Shown here: positions 8,824 through 16,176 of the stretch, piece by piece
How the letters are laid out: each line of letters begins with the position of its first letter
Position numbering within the stretch: position 1 is the first letter of the stretch
Source of the DNA: Candidatus Anammoxibacter sp.
GTDB taxonomy: Bacteria > Planctomycetota > Brocadiia > Brocadiales > Anammoxibacteraceae
NCBI GenBank assembly: GCA_021777105.1
Contig: JAIQZQ010000122.1
Location: 863-32,862, forward strand
Reading direction: 5' to 3'
Length of the DNA: 32,000 nucleotides
Notes under the pieces: model-generated
Database searches by the model: none
Seen by the model: only the letters and a program-made list of their open reading frames with translations
What the model was told of the DNA's origin: nothing
Made by a program: the position numbers and the translations under genes

Positions 8824-10374
8824 TTAATCTTCAACGCGAAGTTCAACAAAGCCGTAACGCAACATAAACAGAACTAAACGGTCGCAGTCCGGAACCGAGA
8901 CTTTTATTTTCCCACGCAGGCCGGCTAAAGATATGCCGTTGCCTGAGCACGACTCTATTGCCAAACCTATTTTTGGAAAATCATCGCCCAAAACCAGCCG
9001 CGCGGCAACAGATTCAATAGAGCCGTCTACATAGCGGTTCGTTGATCGCAAAACACTGTTTTCATTCAAATAATGCGTAGCCAATGCGTCAACCAGAGAT
9101 TTAAGCGGCGGTATTGCGCCTGTAATTGTAGGGGCCTTGCCTTTGCCTGAGTTAATTAGACGACGCCAAAGCGCAACCAGCTTCTTTGCGGTATGCTCCC
9201 ACATAAACGCTTTGACATGATGGCGTCCCGCGTTTTTAAGAGTTTCAATTTCAGGGCCGCCGTTCACAAACCGGTTTATTGTTTCGACTAAAACATTTAA
9301 CAATGCAGCGCCGGCCTCGGTAAGGTCGTTATGGCTAACGCCTTCCCATTCAATATTTCTTGCCAACTCATGGCTCGCGACTGTAGGCACAAGCCATTTT
9401 TGGTACTCTAACGGCATTACATCCCTATATCCGTTCCAATCGGTTGCGACTACAGGCAAACCGGCGGCAAGGGCTTCCAGCAGAGCGACGCCAAAAGATT
9501 CCTGCGGATTTGTGGGTATGGAGACAAATACGTCCGCAGCCGCTAAAATATGTTTTTTTTCACTGTCGTAAAAGTGTTCTTTTATTAAAACACGCTCTGC
9601 TATTCCCAATTGAACGGCAAATTTATTAATAAACTCTATATACTCCTTATCAGCCGCAGATGATCCGCCGGCAAGCAAAAGGTATAAATCTTTTTCACAG
9701 CAACAGGTTTCTCGCAGTTTGGCAAAAGCAAATACTAGTTGAACATGATCCTGTTTCTGATGAGTTATACGATTCAAACTAAGAATAAGCGCAGCCTTAT
9801 CCGGCAATCCCAATAAAAGCCTTCCCGACGCCCTGTCTCCCTGAATAAAATCCTCTTTGGCGACCCCATGAGGTATTATTTCAACCGGAGGCAAACTATA
9901 GTCTAAATTCCTTGACAAGCCCGCCAAAAACATGAATCTTTTAGCAGTTGACGCTGACGGAGACACAAAACAGGCAGGATGCAACCTATTCCATGATCGC
10001 CAGCACAAAATATTAATCATCCTGCAAAACGGAGTTAATTCCAGGCTATGCAAATGCACAACCGTCGGCAAACTATTAACAACGCCTTCTTTGTAAAGCA
10101 TTTCATCAGAGCCGTGTATCATTAGCCCGTCAATGTTTTTAAACAAATCCGCGCCGTTAATACTATCGTTAAGCGCAAACTCAAGAGCGCCTTTTTGCGC
10201 CAAATCGGAGTAATAATCTAAAAGCCGATTTTTAAGCTCCAAATCTCCATGAACTATTATACGCATTGCGACATCGCCGGTCTCAATCAGCGAACGTATA
10301 AGATTGCGTTCAACAACAGCCTGACCGGCATTTGCAAATATGGAACTATAACAAACCCCTAAAAGATGTATCAC
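8824..10374 (-). CDS. GT4-family (GT-B fold) glycosyltransferase with ~100-aa C-terminal extension
   Basis: ESFGVALLEALAAGLPVVATDWNGYRDV matches the E-x-FG-x4-LEA-x-A-x-G-x-PVV motif of retaining GT4 enzymes. Confidence 0.8.
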   Translation of the reverse strand: MIHLLGVCYSSIFANAGQAVVERNLIRSLIETGDVAMRIIVHGDLELKNRLLDYYSDLAQKGALEFALNDSINGADLFKNIDGLMIHGSDEMLYKEGVVNSLPTVVHLHSLELTPFCRMINILCWRSWNRLHPACFVSPSASTAKRFMFLAGLSRNLDYSLPPVEIIPHGVAKEDFIQGDRASGRLLLGLPDKAALILSLNRITHQKQDHVQLVFAFAKLRETCCCEKDLYLLLAGGSSAADKEYIEFINKFAVQLGIAERVLIKEHFYDSEKKHILAAADVFVSIPTNPQESFGVALLEALAAGLPVVATDWNGYRDVMPLEYQKWLVPTVASHELARNIEWEGVSHNDLTEAGAALLNVLVETINRFVNGGPEIETLKNAGRHHVKAFMWEHTAKKLVALWRRLINSGKGKAPTITGAIPPLKSLVDALATHYLNENSVLRSTNRYVDGSIESVAARLVLGDDFPKIGLAIESCSGNGISLAGLRGKIKVSVPDCDRLVLFMLRYGFVELRVED

Positions 10375-10454
10375 GGCCTTCCTTTACAGTGTTAAATTTC
10401 TATAACTTTAGCTCACTTTAGTCTGTTGCTTGTTGACGTTTTTTAACGAATTCC

Positions 10455-11492
10455 TTACGCCCACTCAAACAACATAGAGCCATACGTAAAACCCGCGCCG
10501 AATGTGTGGCACAGTATCAGATCGCCTTTCCGTATCTTCCCTGATTCATAATGTTCACAGATGCCCGTGGGGATGCCGGCGCTGCCCACGCTTCCATATT
10601 TATTAAGAGTGTATGGTATTTTTTCAAACGGATATCCAATGTGTTCGCAAAACTCCTTCACCATAGTCTTCGTTGTTTGGTGCGGCACAAAAAGGTCTAT
10701 ATCTTTTTGTGAAATATTATAAGCCCCGGCCCGGGCCAGAACATCATCCATACTCTTTTTAGATTCAAACGCGAGTTTTCTGGCGGCTTTGCCGTTTATT
10801 TTAGAAAACGGCCGCTTTATCTTTGCCATATCTTTGCCCGCAAAATACCCCTCCATTGAATTAAACTCTTCAGTAAAGACGGTTGGAAGTTGAATAGCGT
10901 TTGACGGGATTGTTCCGCAACTAAAGATCGGCGCGCATAATTTATGTTTTGACGAGCCGTTTTCATCCGCCCGCTCGACAATAGCCGCCCCCGCGGCGTC
11001 GCCGAATATAATATTAGAGCGATCATGAAAATTCATAATTCTGGAATGAGCTTCAGTTCCAACAATAAGGGCTTTTTTTGCCTGATTGGTTTGAATCATA
11101 GATACGGCGGTCCGCATTCCAAATATCCACCCTGAACAGCTTGCCATAATATCAAACGATGTGGCGTTTGAAGCATTTAGCTTTCCCTGGATCTTAGAGG
11201 CAGCGCTTGGTAAAATGTCATCCGGAGAGCTTGTTGCGCATATTATCAGATCCAAACTTTCTGGTTTATTGCTGCCTGTCCGGTCTAAAGCAATTAAAGA
11301 GGCCTTTACCGCCATGTCCGTGATTGACTGCCCGGCCTCTATCCTGCTGCGATCACAAACGCCTGAAGTTTCAATGATCCATTCAAGCCAATCGTCATCA
11401 ACGCTTAACAACTTTTTCCAGTCCTTATTGGAAATTCGGCGTTCGGGTATATATGAACCTATGCCGGTTATTTTTACATCGCTCATATTCAT
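10455..11492 (-). CDS. 3-oxoacyl-ACP synthase III-like (FabH/KAS III family)
   Basis: ITGIGSYIPERRISN at the N-terminus. The Cys-His-Asn triad contexts are present: MASCSGWIFG, VPHQTTK, LNKYGSVGSAGIP. GAGFTYGS lies at the C-terminus. It sits co-directionally 80 nt upstream of the GT4 gene. Confidence 0.85.
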   Translation of the reverse strand: MNMSDVKITGIGSYIPERRISNKDWKKLLSVDDDWLEWIIETSGVCDRSRIEAGQSITDMAVKASLIALDRTGSNKPESLDLIICATSSPDDILPSAASKIQGKLNASNATSFDIMASCSGWIFGMRTAVSMIQTNQAKKALIVGTEAHSRIMNFHDRSNIIFGDAAGAAIVERADENGSSKHKLCAPIFSCGTIPSNAIQLPTVFTEEFNSMEGYFAGKDMAKIKRPFSKINGKAARKLAFESKKSMDDVLARAGAYNISQKDIDLFVPHQTTKTMVKEFCEHIGYPFEKIPYTLNKYGSVGSAGIPTGICEHYESGKIRKGDLILCHTFGAGFTYGSMLFEWA

Positions 11493-11549
11493 AAAATTTT
11501 AGGAAAATTTTGTTTATCAATTTAAGTTAGTTAATTAAAATAACAGAGT

Positions 11550-12341
11550 TTGAGTTTTTTTCAACACAATTTCCGTTTAAAAGGAGGAATGCGCGCTTTG
11601 AAGATCTTATATGCGCTTTTGTTAAAGCTTTTGGAAATAGGTACATTTCTGCGTCTCTACTATACAGGCGTTATTGTTTATTACAAATTTTTAAACAGTT
11701 TTCGCCTTAAAGGCGAACGCGAATGCGAGCTGCTTTCAGAGTTTATAAGACCAGGCGATCTTGTTGTGGATATCGGCGCATGTTATGGATTGTACGCGTC
11801 AAGGATGGCCGGGTTGGTTGGCGGCAACGGTAAAGTGATTAGTTTTGAAGCCACGCCTACTACATTCAACTTCACTCAAAAGATTGTTTCAGAACCAAAT
11901 GTCGAATTGCATAATCTGGCGATAAGCGACAAACGAGGAAGCGTCAGGATAGCGCTGTTTATTGCTCCGGAATCTTGCAAGATAATCAGAGGCCTTAGCC
12001 GTATTGTGGATGAAAATGAGAACAGGGTAAAACATTTTGAGACGGTTAATTGCGCGCCGTTAGATGAGCTTTTAAATAATCGGGATAGGCCTGTTTCGTT
12101 TATAAAGTGCGATGTTGAAGGGCATGAAATTCCGGCTATAACCGGAGCTTTAAATATTATAAAACAGGACAAACCCGTTTTGCTTATTGAGTTGGCATTT
12201 GAAAATGTTGAACCCATGTCAAACATCCTTGAACCGCTGGGGTATGAAAAAAAGCAGATTACTCAGCACGGCACACTGTCTTCAAATAGGAAAGAGGTTA
12301 TTTTAACTCCAAATTATTTTTTTATCCCAAACACAGATTAA
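11550..12341 (+). CDS. FkbM-family SAM-dependent methyltransferase
   Basis: VVDIGACYGLYASRMAGLVGGNGKVISFEATPTTF (SAM motif I) and FIKCDVEGHEIPAI are typical FkbM signatures. The start is uncertain: TTG 11550 has no SD, and ATG 11589 is only 1 nt from GGAGG. Confidence 0.75.
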   Translation: MSFFQHNFRLKGGMRALKILYALLLKLLEIGTFLRLYYTGVIVYYKFLNSFRLKGERECELLSEFIRPGDLVVDIGACYGLYASRMAGLVGGNGKVISFEATPTTFNFTQKIVSEPNVELHNLAISDKRGSVRIALFIAPESCKIIRGLSRIVDENENRVKHFETVNCAPLDELLNNRDRPVSFIKCDVEGHEIPAITGALNIIKQDKPVLLIELAFENVEPMSNILEPLGYEKKQITQHGTLSSNRKEVILTPNYFFIPNTD

Positions 12342-12343
12342 AG

Positions 12344-12510
12344 TAAAGGCAAAAAGCAAAAGCGGGTTAACCACTAATCTTCACTAATACACACTAATAA
12401 AAGAGCAAAAGCAAAAGCAAAAGCTTAAGACAGGATTTACAGGATCAACATGATAAAGGTAAAAATCAAAAGCGGATTAACCACAGATTTCGCATATTAC
12501 ACAGATTAAC
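12344..12510. repeat. two ~57-nt imperfect direct repeats with exact 110-nt period, flanking a (GCAAAA)3 microsatellite
   Basis: 12344-12400 (TAAAGGCAAAAAGCAAAAGCGGGTTAACCACTAATCTTCACTAATACACACTAATAA) aligns without gaps to 12454-12510 (TAAAGGTAAAAATCAAAAGCGGATTAACCACAGATTTCGCATATTACACAGATTAAC). By hand count about 40 of 57 positions are identical. GCAAAA x3 lies at 12405-12422. Confidence 0.65.
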
Positions 12511-13025
12511 AAAATTAAAAGCTGGAGCAGTCCTGTAGACGGCTTCCTAACGTTTTTGTATTACAATCACAGTTACAATTAAAACTTAACGATAAATGGC
12601 CGCTGCTCGTTCCAGATCTCCAGACTTGAACCACTCCGGCATTATAGCAACCCAGTTGCGAATAAATCATCGTTACCGCTTTTTTATAAAAAAATGATTA
12701 CCAAGCAAACTCAGCCATGGTTACAACTGACCAGATACCATAACATATTATGGTATTTATAGTTAGGGAGCTAGAAATTGATGCAAAATTTACCGATTAG
12801 CTCTGAATCTGAAAAATGATATATATATGCCGTATACTTTTTAATGGGACATTTTGTAACATTCTAATTTCAAAGGCTTTACACAATATGCATAATCATA
12901 AGTATAGCTGGTAATCATTTTATAAAATGTCTTGAAAAGTCATAACAGCGTAGCTTAAATATCCAGTATTTAATAACTTACGTTTAAAGCGTTAAAACCT
13001 TAAACAAAGAGAAGACCACTTCCTG

Positions 13026-13409
13026 CTAAAAGTTATTTACGTTAATAGGCAATTCCCTGATTCTAACACGAAACTCTTCAAATATAATTATTGAACATTT
13101 TAATAAATATTCCTTAATCCCATCCAGCCGTTTATCCAAGAGATCTTTTATCTGGAAAACTTCCAGATTTTCAAGCCTACACGTTATTACCGAAGGTTTT
13201 GACAAATTTCTTAACGCAATAATAGCTCCAAAGTCCAAATCCATGGTTAATATGATATAGTCATTCTTATTTGCGTAATCAACAATCTCATAGTCTTCCG
13301 CATCTTTCATGCCGATATCAAATATTCTTACAGCTTCATAACCTGACTCGCATAAAAACGCAACTGTTTTTGGCGAAATCGGCATATCGGCAAGGAATTT
13401 TAAAGTCAT
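13026..13409 (-). CDS. DUF5615 (PIN-like / Mut7-C-like) putative toxin
   Basis: KFLADMPISPKTVAFLCESGYEAVRIFDIGMKDAEDYEIVDYANKNDYIILTMDLDFG is the DUF5615 pattern. It overlaps the upstream DUF433 gene by 4 nt. Confidence 0.8.
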   Translation of the reverse strand: MTLKFLADMPISPKTVAFLCESGYEAVRIFDIGMKDAEDYEIVDYANKNDYIILTMDLDFGAIIALRNLSKPSVITCRLENLEVFQIKDLLDKRLDGIKEYLLKCSIIIFEEFRVRIRELPINVNNF

Positions 13410-13639
13410 TTCTGTCCTATCAAAGGAAATGTTTTCTCCGAAGCCATCCAGGCCGCAAATTCCAATGATTGTTTTATGTCTTCTTTTTCCAATTCCGGAT
13501 AATTGGAAATTATATCTTCAACTGCTTTGCCGGTTGACACAAGTTTTATAATTAATGAAACAGGCATCCGCATGCCTCTGATACACGGTTGCCCCTGAAA
13601 AACATTAGGATCAACTGTAATCCTGTCTAATTTATGCAT
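13406..13639 (-). CDS. DUF433 putative antitoxin
   Basis: ITVDPNVFQGQPCIRGMRMPVSLIIKLVSTGKAVEDIISNYPELEKEDIKQSLEFAA is the canonical DUF433 signature (GKP.I.GTR..V..I). It is paired with DUF5615. Confidence 0.8.
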   Translation of the reverse strand: MHKLDRITVDPNVFQGQPCIRGMRMPVSLIIKLVSTGKAVEDIISNYPELEKEDIKQSLEFAAWMASEKTFPLIGQK

Positions 13640-13788
13640 TGTCTATTCCCGCGTATATATTTATAACAAATATTATGTTCTAATCACGAAAAACACACTT
13701 TAATACAACTCGCTATAATGTACGCTTTGCCTAAAATATTGTCAAACTGTTTATTGCCTCCAAATTTGGGCAAAACCCATGGACAGGC

Positions 13789-13810
13789 CTTAACAGGCTG
13801 TCCGAGAATA
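13789..13810 (+). repeat. copy 2 of the 22-nt exact repeat CTTAACAGGCTGTCCGAGAATA
   Basis: Identical to 752-773. In this copy only, GGACAG (13781-13786) can pair with CTGTCC (13798-13803). Confidence 0.8.
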
Positions 13811-13827
13811 TAAAAATACCAAACCAT

Positions 13828-14241
13828 TTAAATTTTCAATAAAATATCAAATCCTGCTTGTTCAAAGTGATGGTCGGTTGTAAAAATTTCAGTTATGCCG
13901 TTTTTCTCTGCAATTATCATACTAATACAATCAACCAAGCTCCAATCCTTATCTGACATTTTCTTAAATCGATCCCAACCAAGCGTCATCAAATTATCGT
14001 CAATATAAATGCAATCCCATTTTTTTGATTGGTTTATAACTTCCGTAAGTTTGATTGCCGTATACCGCTTTTGTGATTGACTAAAATAGCCGGCTAATTC
14101 TAAAATGACTGCATTTGTCGTCACAAATTCGCTTTGAGATGTTTTTAATTCATCCCTTACTTCCAAAGCCTTTTCGTGGAATTTATCTTTTTTCTCGCCC
14201 ATTGCAATAAGCGCAGCAGTATCGACAAAAACTTTTTTCAT
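13828..14241 (-). CDS. vapC: PIN-domain ribonuclease toxin (VapC family)
   Basis: VFVDTAALIA (first acidic residue), TTNAVILEL, SLVDCISMIIAEKNGITEIFTTDHHFEQAGF. The PIN acidic-residue layout is intact. Confidence 0.85.
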   Translation of the reverse strand: MKKVFVDTAALIAMGEKKDKFHEKALEVRDELKTSQSEFVTTNAVILELAGYFSQSQKRYTAIKLTEVINQSKKWDCIYIDDNLMTLGWDRFKKMSDKDWSLVDCISMIIAEKNGITEIFTTDHHFEQAGFDILLKI

Positions 14242-14480
14242 TTTTTTGGCATTCCATAAATATATTGATCATGATTGACCGAACCATCTGTTCTTCCGGT
14301 ATCAACTGCTATTGCCTCTATATCCATGGCGTCCCAGGGATCTATATTTGAAGTTCCTGCTCCCTTTTGTTCTTTTTTAATCGTTTCAGCTTCTTTTTTT
14401 AGAGCGGCTTCTATTTCCGTTATTTTTTGCTTCAAAATTTCTTTTGGCAAGCTGTCAGGCACGTCAATAGTAATTTGCAT
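14238..14480 (-). CDS. putative cognate antitoxin of the PIN toxin (family not recognised)
   Basis: The gene encodes 80 aa and overlaps the vapC start by 4 nt (ATGA-type coupling). A strong SD AAGGAGG lies 8 nt upstream of the ATG. Confidence 0.6.
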   Translation of the reverse strand: MQITIDVPDSLPKEILKQKITEIEAALKKEAETIKKEQKGAGTSNIDPWDAMDIEAIAVDTGRTDGSVNHDQYIYGMPKK

Positions 14481-14649
14481 TGAAATATCCTCCTTTATAA
14501 AAAATTATAGTTCGGCTATCTTTTCTCTATCAAATCTTTAAACAGGGGCTCCTTCTGTGGCCAAACCTGATCTATTGGCAAAACTTATAGATATTAAAGA
14601 ACTTACGACACGCGAATTTGCCAAAGGGAACCAGGAGGCAGGTTTGTTT

Positions 14650-14952
14650 CTATTCTTTACTTTTGTAATAGCGTTTAAAAGCAGTTCGGAATTTATCATT
14701 CGGCTCAGGCGGAGCTAACAGCGCTTCATAAAAGGCATCCCAATCCAATTCTGAAAGCTCAATAGTTTTGCGTTCAGCAAGAATTTTATCAGCAGCGGCA
14801 ATTGAATTTGAAAGGATAAATTCACTAACAGTTTTATTAGTATAATCTGCCGCAAGTTGTAGCTTTCTTTTTGTGTAACCGTCTGTCCTTATTTGAACAC
14901 GTTCTTTTTTTGTGACGTTTGTATGTGGCATAAAATATCCGCCGTTTTTCAA
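14650..14952 (-). CDS. DUF1778 (TacA-like, RHH) antitoxin without an adjacent GNAT toxin
   Basis: KKERVQIRTDGYTKRKLQLAADYTNKTVSEFILSNSIAAADKILAE...LSELDWDAFYEALLAPPEPNDKFRTAFKRY is the DUF1778 signature. The true start may be Met8 (14931). Only about 170 nt separate its stop from the next gene, so there is no room for a GNAT gene. Confidence 0.8.
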   Translation of the reverse strand: MKNGGYFMPHTNVTKKERVQIRTDGYTKRKLQLAADYTNKTVSEFILSNSIAAADKILAERKTIELSELDWDAFYEALLAPPEPNDKFRTAFKRYYKSKE

Positions 14953-15188
14953 TCGCTCTCGTTTTCCGTTATCATCTCCAGATTCACTTTTGAATCAACG
15001 CTTATATGTTGTAATGAACTCATGGCTTTATTTAAAAGGCTATTTTTCTCGATATCAGTTAACCCTTTTCCTTTTAACAGGTCAACTATTTCTATAAATC
15101 TGGAACATTCTTCACTTAGTTCGCTAAATGAAGCGAGCGTTGTTTCTTCGTCAATCCTCATTTCATCACTAACCGTATTAACGTTCAT
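14949..15188 (-). CDS. hypothetical acidic 79-aa protein, upstream of and coupled to the DUF1778 gene
   Basis: SD GGAAAGGGGG lies 6 nt upstream of the ATG. Its stop overlaps the DUF1778 start by 4 nt. No family recognised. Confidence 0.45.
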   Translation of the reverse strand: MNVNTVSDEMRIDEETTLASFSELSEECSRFIEIVDLLKGKGLTDIEKNSLLNKAMSSLQHISVDSKVNLEMITENESD

Positions 15189-15399
15189 TTGGCGCCCCCT
15201 TTCCTTTAATTTTTCTGTAAAGTCTTTTTTCCGATTTTTTTATTTCCATTCTAAAGATTTCAACTTCACCTAACCATTTTTTTATTAAACCCTCGTAAGG
15301 ATTTCCTTTTTTGCGTTCTTTATCAATTTTTAATAAATGCTCTCTAATGTTTGCTTTAAAACTTTCAATCTGGTCTCTATAGCTTTGCTTATTTGTCAT
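15178..15399 (-). CDS. hypothetical basic 73-aa protein, first gene of the three-gene unit
   Basis: An uninterrupted ORF in very AT-rich DNA that overlaps the next ORF by 11 nt. No obvious SD. No family recognised. Confidence 0.35.
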   Translation of the reverse strand: MTNKQSYRDQIESFKANIREHLLKIDKERKKGNPYEGLIKKWLGEVEIFRMEIKKSEKRLYRKIKGKGAPNER

Positions 15400-15616
15400 A
15401 TATTTAACATATGTAAAACCGTATTTTGTTTATTAAAGTTATTATTACTTTTAAACTAATAACCGTCAATTGAAATTTGAAAGTAAAAAATAATGCGCTT
15501 TCACAGCGAGGTTTACACACCTGCGCTGAAGCTGTTCCTTCTTTACAAGAAAATTTACAGGCAGGTTAATTATTCTAAAAAAAATGCCACTTTGTGCGTT
15601 ATTATACGCGTTTATA

Positions 15617-15648
15617 CACACCCCTAAATCCCCTCTTATTGGAGGGGA
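15617..15648. repeat. C-rich/G-rich hairpin element (CCCCTAA + TCCCCTC-N6-GAGGGGA)
   Basis: TCCCCTC (15629-15635) pairs with GAGGGGA (15642-15648). It shares the CCCCTAA lead-in and overall architecture with the element at 30633-30667. Confidence 0.5.
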
Positions 15649-15855
15649 CTTTTGATTTAATTTTTGGTTTTATTCCCTTGTAAAAAGAGTAGTGGCGGAT
15701 TAAAAGCAGGCGGGCCGGGCAAATCATTGTAAAGGGTAACAAGGAAATTTAATTATTGATTTTAAAAGAAATATTGAAATCCAAGTTTGAAACAGCTATT
15801 ATTTAGGCTTATAAATTTAGCAACGTGATGATTGTAAAACTGCATACAATTTATG

Positions 15856-15927
15856 GCCCGTGTGGCTCAATGGTAGAGCACGGCATTCGTAATGCTGGGA
15901 TTGCGGGTTCGATTCCCGCTGCGGGCT
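15856..15927 (+). tRNA. tRNA-Thr (anticodon CGU), CCA not encoded
   Basis: Hand-folded cloverleaf. Acceptor stem: GCCCGUG/UGCGGGC, with tandem U-G and G-U pairs at 6:67 and 7:66. D arm: GCUC-AAUGGUA-GAGC. Anticodon arm: CGGCA-UUCGUAA-UGCUG. Variable loop: GGAUU. T arm: GCGGG-UUCGAUU-CCCGC. Discriminator: U. Confidence 0.9.
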
Positions 15928-15941
15928 TTTACTTACTATAA

Positions 15942-15966
15942 TAGCGGCGCGCCGCGCGCGCCGCTA
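15942..15966 (+). other. perfect GC-rich hairpin 14 nt after the tRNA (11-bp stem, 3-nt loop)
   Basis: TAGCGGCGCGC-CGC-GCGCGCCGCTA. No U-run follows, so it may be a processing or termination structure for the tRNA transcript. Confidence 0.6.
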
Positions 15967-16005
15967 CTGCATCGGTTTCCATTTCCAGATTTTCAATTTT
16001 TCAGC

Positions 16006-16035
16006 CTGATTTCAACATTTTCAAGCTTTTATAAT
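16006..16035 (+). promoter_or_regulatory. promoter candidate: perfect TATAAT preceded by phased T-tracts
   Basis: TATAAT lies at 16030-16035 and the -35 is weak (CTGATT/TGATTT). Upstream, TTTC/TTTTC tracts recur about every 8-11 nt from 15976 to 16030, which suggests a curved UP-like region. Confidence 0.4.
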
Positions 16036-16045
16036 ATAAATAACG

Positions 16046-16097
16046 GCGCAGGCATCCTGCCTGTGATAAATTAAAACACAGGCAAGGATGCCTGTGC
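16046..16097 (+). repeat. long imperfect inverted repeat (about 19 bp per arm) in the leader of the lipid cluster
   Basis: GCGCAGGCATCCTGCCTGTG (16046-16065), an 11-nt AT loop, then CACAGGCAAGGATGCCTGTGC (16077-16097). Confidence 0.65.
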
Positions 16098-16137
16098 CAC
16101 TAAACCAATCCTTTATGCCATTTAAAACATTTGTCAG

Positions 16138-16161
16138 GGCGGCTTTTGCCGCCTTTTTTTT
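16138..16161 (+). terminator. intrinsic terminator 16 nt upstream of the radical SAM start codon
   Basis: GGCGGC (16138-16143), loop TTTT, GCCGCC (16148-16153), then a T8 run (16154-16161). The ATG is at 16177. Confidence 0.75.
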
Positions 16162-16176
16162 ATTAATTAAGTAGTA

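Noticed and set aside
5340-12226. Antisense or nested ORFs inside the carbamoyltransferase, GT9-like, GT4, FabH and FkbM genes: 5340-5624, 6656-6844, 6950-7159, 7988-8251, 9444-9629, 10817-11026, 11161-11502, 11876-12226.
   Set aside because: Each lies wholly within or opposite a longer ORF that carries clear family motifs. Their translations are low-complexity (Ser/Arg/Leu-rich), as expected for shadow frames. None has a convincing SD.
12344-12510. CRISPR array.
   Set aside because: There are only two copies, they are about 70% identical, the units are 57 nt, and no cas genes are present. This is not CRISPR-like.
12515-12670. 51-aa Cys-rich minus-strand ORF (…LSFNCNCDCNTKTLGSRLQDCSSF), considered as a RiPP precursor for the radical SAM enzymes.
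   Set aside because: It has no SD. It lies 3.5 kb and a whole TA island away from the radical SAM genes and on the opposite strand. The cluster has ACP/KS/FabZ, which points to a lipid substrate rather than a peptide.
13271-15273. Plus-strand ORFs 13271-13468, 14275-14541, 14893-15273 and 14912-15097 across the TA island.
   Set aside because: They lie opposite recognisable DUF5615/DUF433, VapB-like and DUF1778 genes and have Ser/Phe-rich nonsense-like sequences.
15856-15927. Possibility that the tRNA is a pseudo-tRNA or an att-site remnant, because of tandem G-U pairs in the acceptor stem and the flanking island.
   Set aside because: All four arms fold canonically, with conserved U8, a GG-containing D loop and a TTCGATT T-loop. 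I found no second copy of its 3' half in the window.
15892-16074. 60-aa ORF starting inside the tRNA gene.
   Set aside because: It overlaps tRNA-Thr and the GC hairpin. It reads through structured non-coding DNA and has no SD.
16036-16161. Known riboswitch classes (cobalamin, SAM-I) in the leader of the B12/SAM-dependent enzyme gene.
   Set aside because: I found no B12-box-like (AGYCMGG-AGACC-GCC) or SAM-I core sequence by eye. The structure is a near-perfect hairpin plus a terminator, not a multi-helix junction. Only an unknown-class attenuator remains possible.
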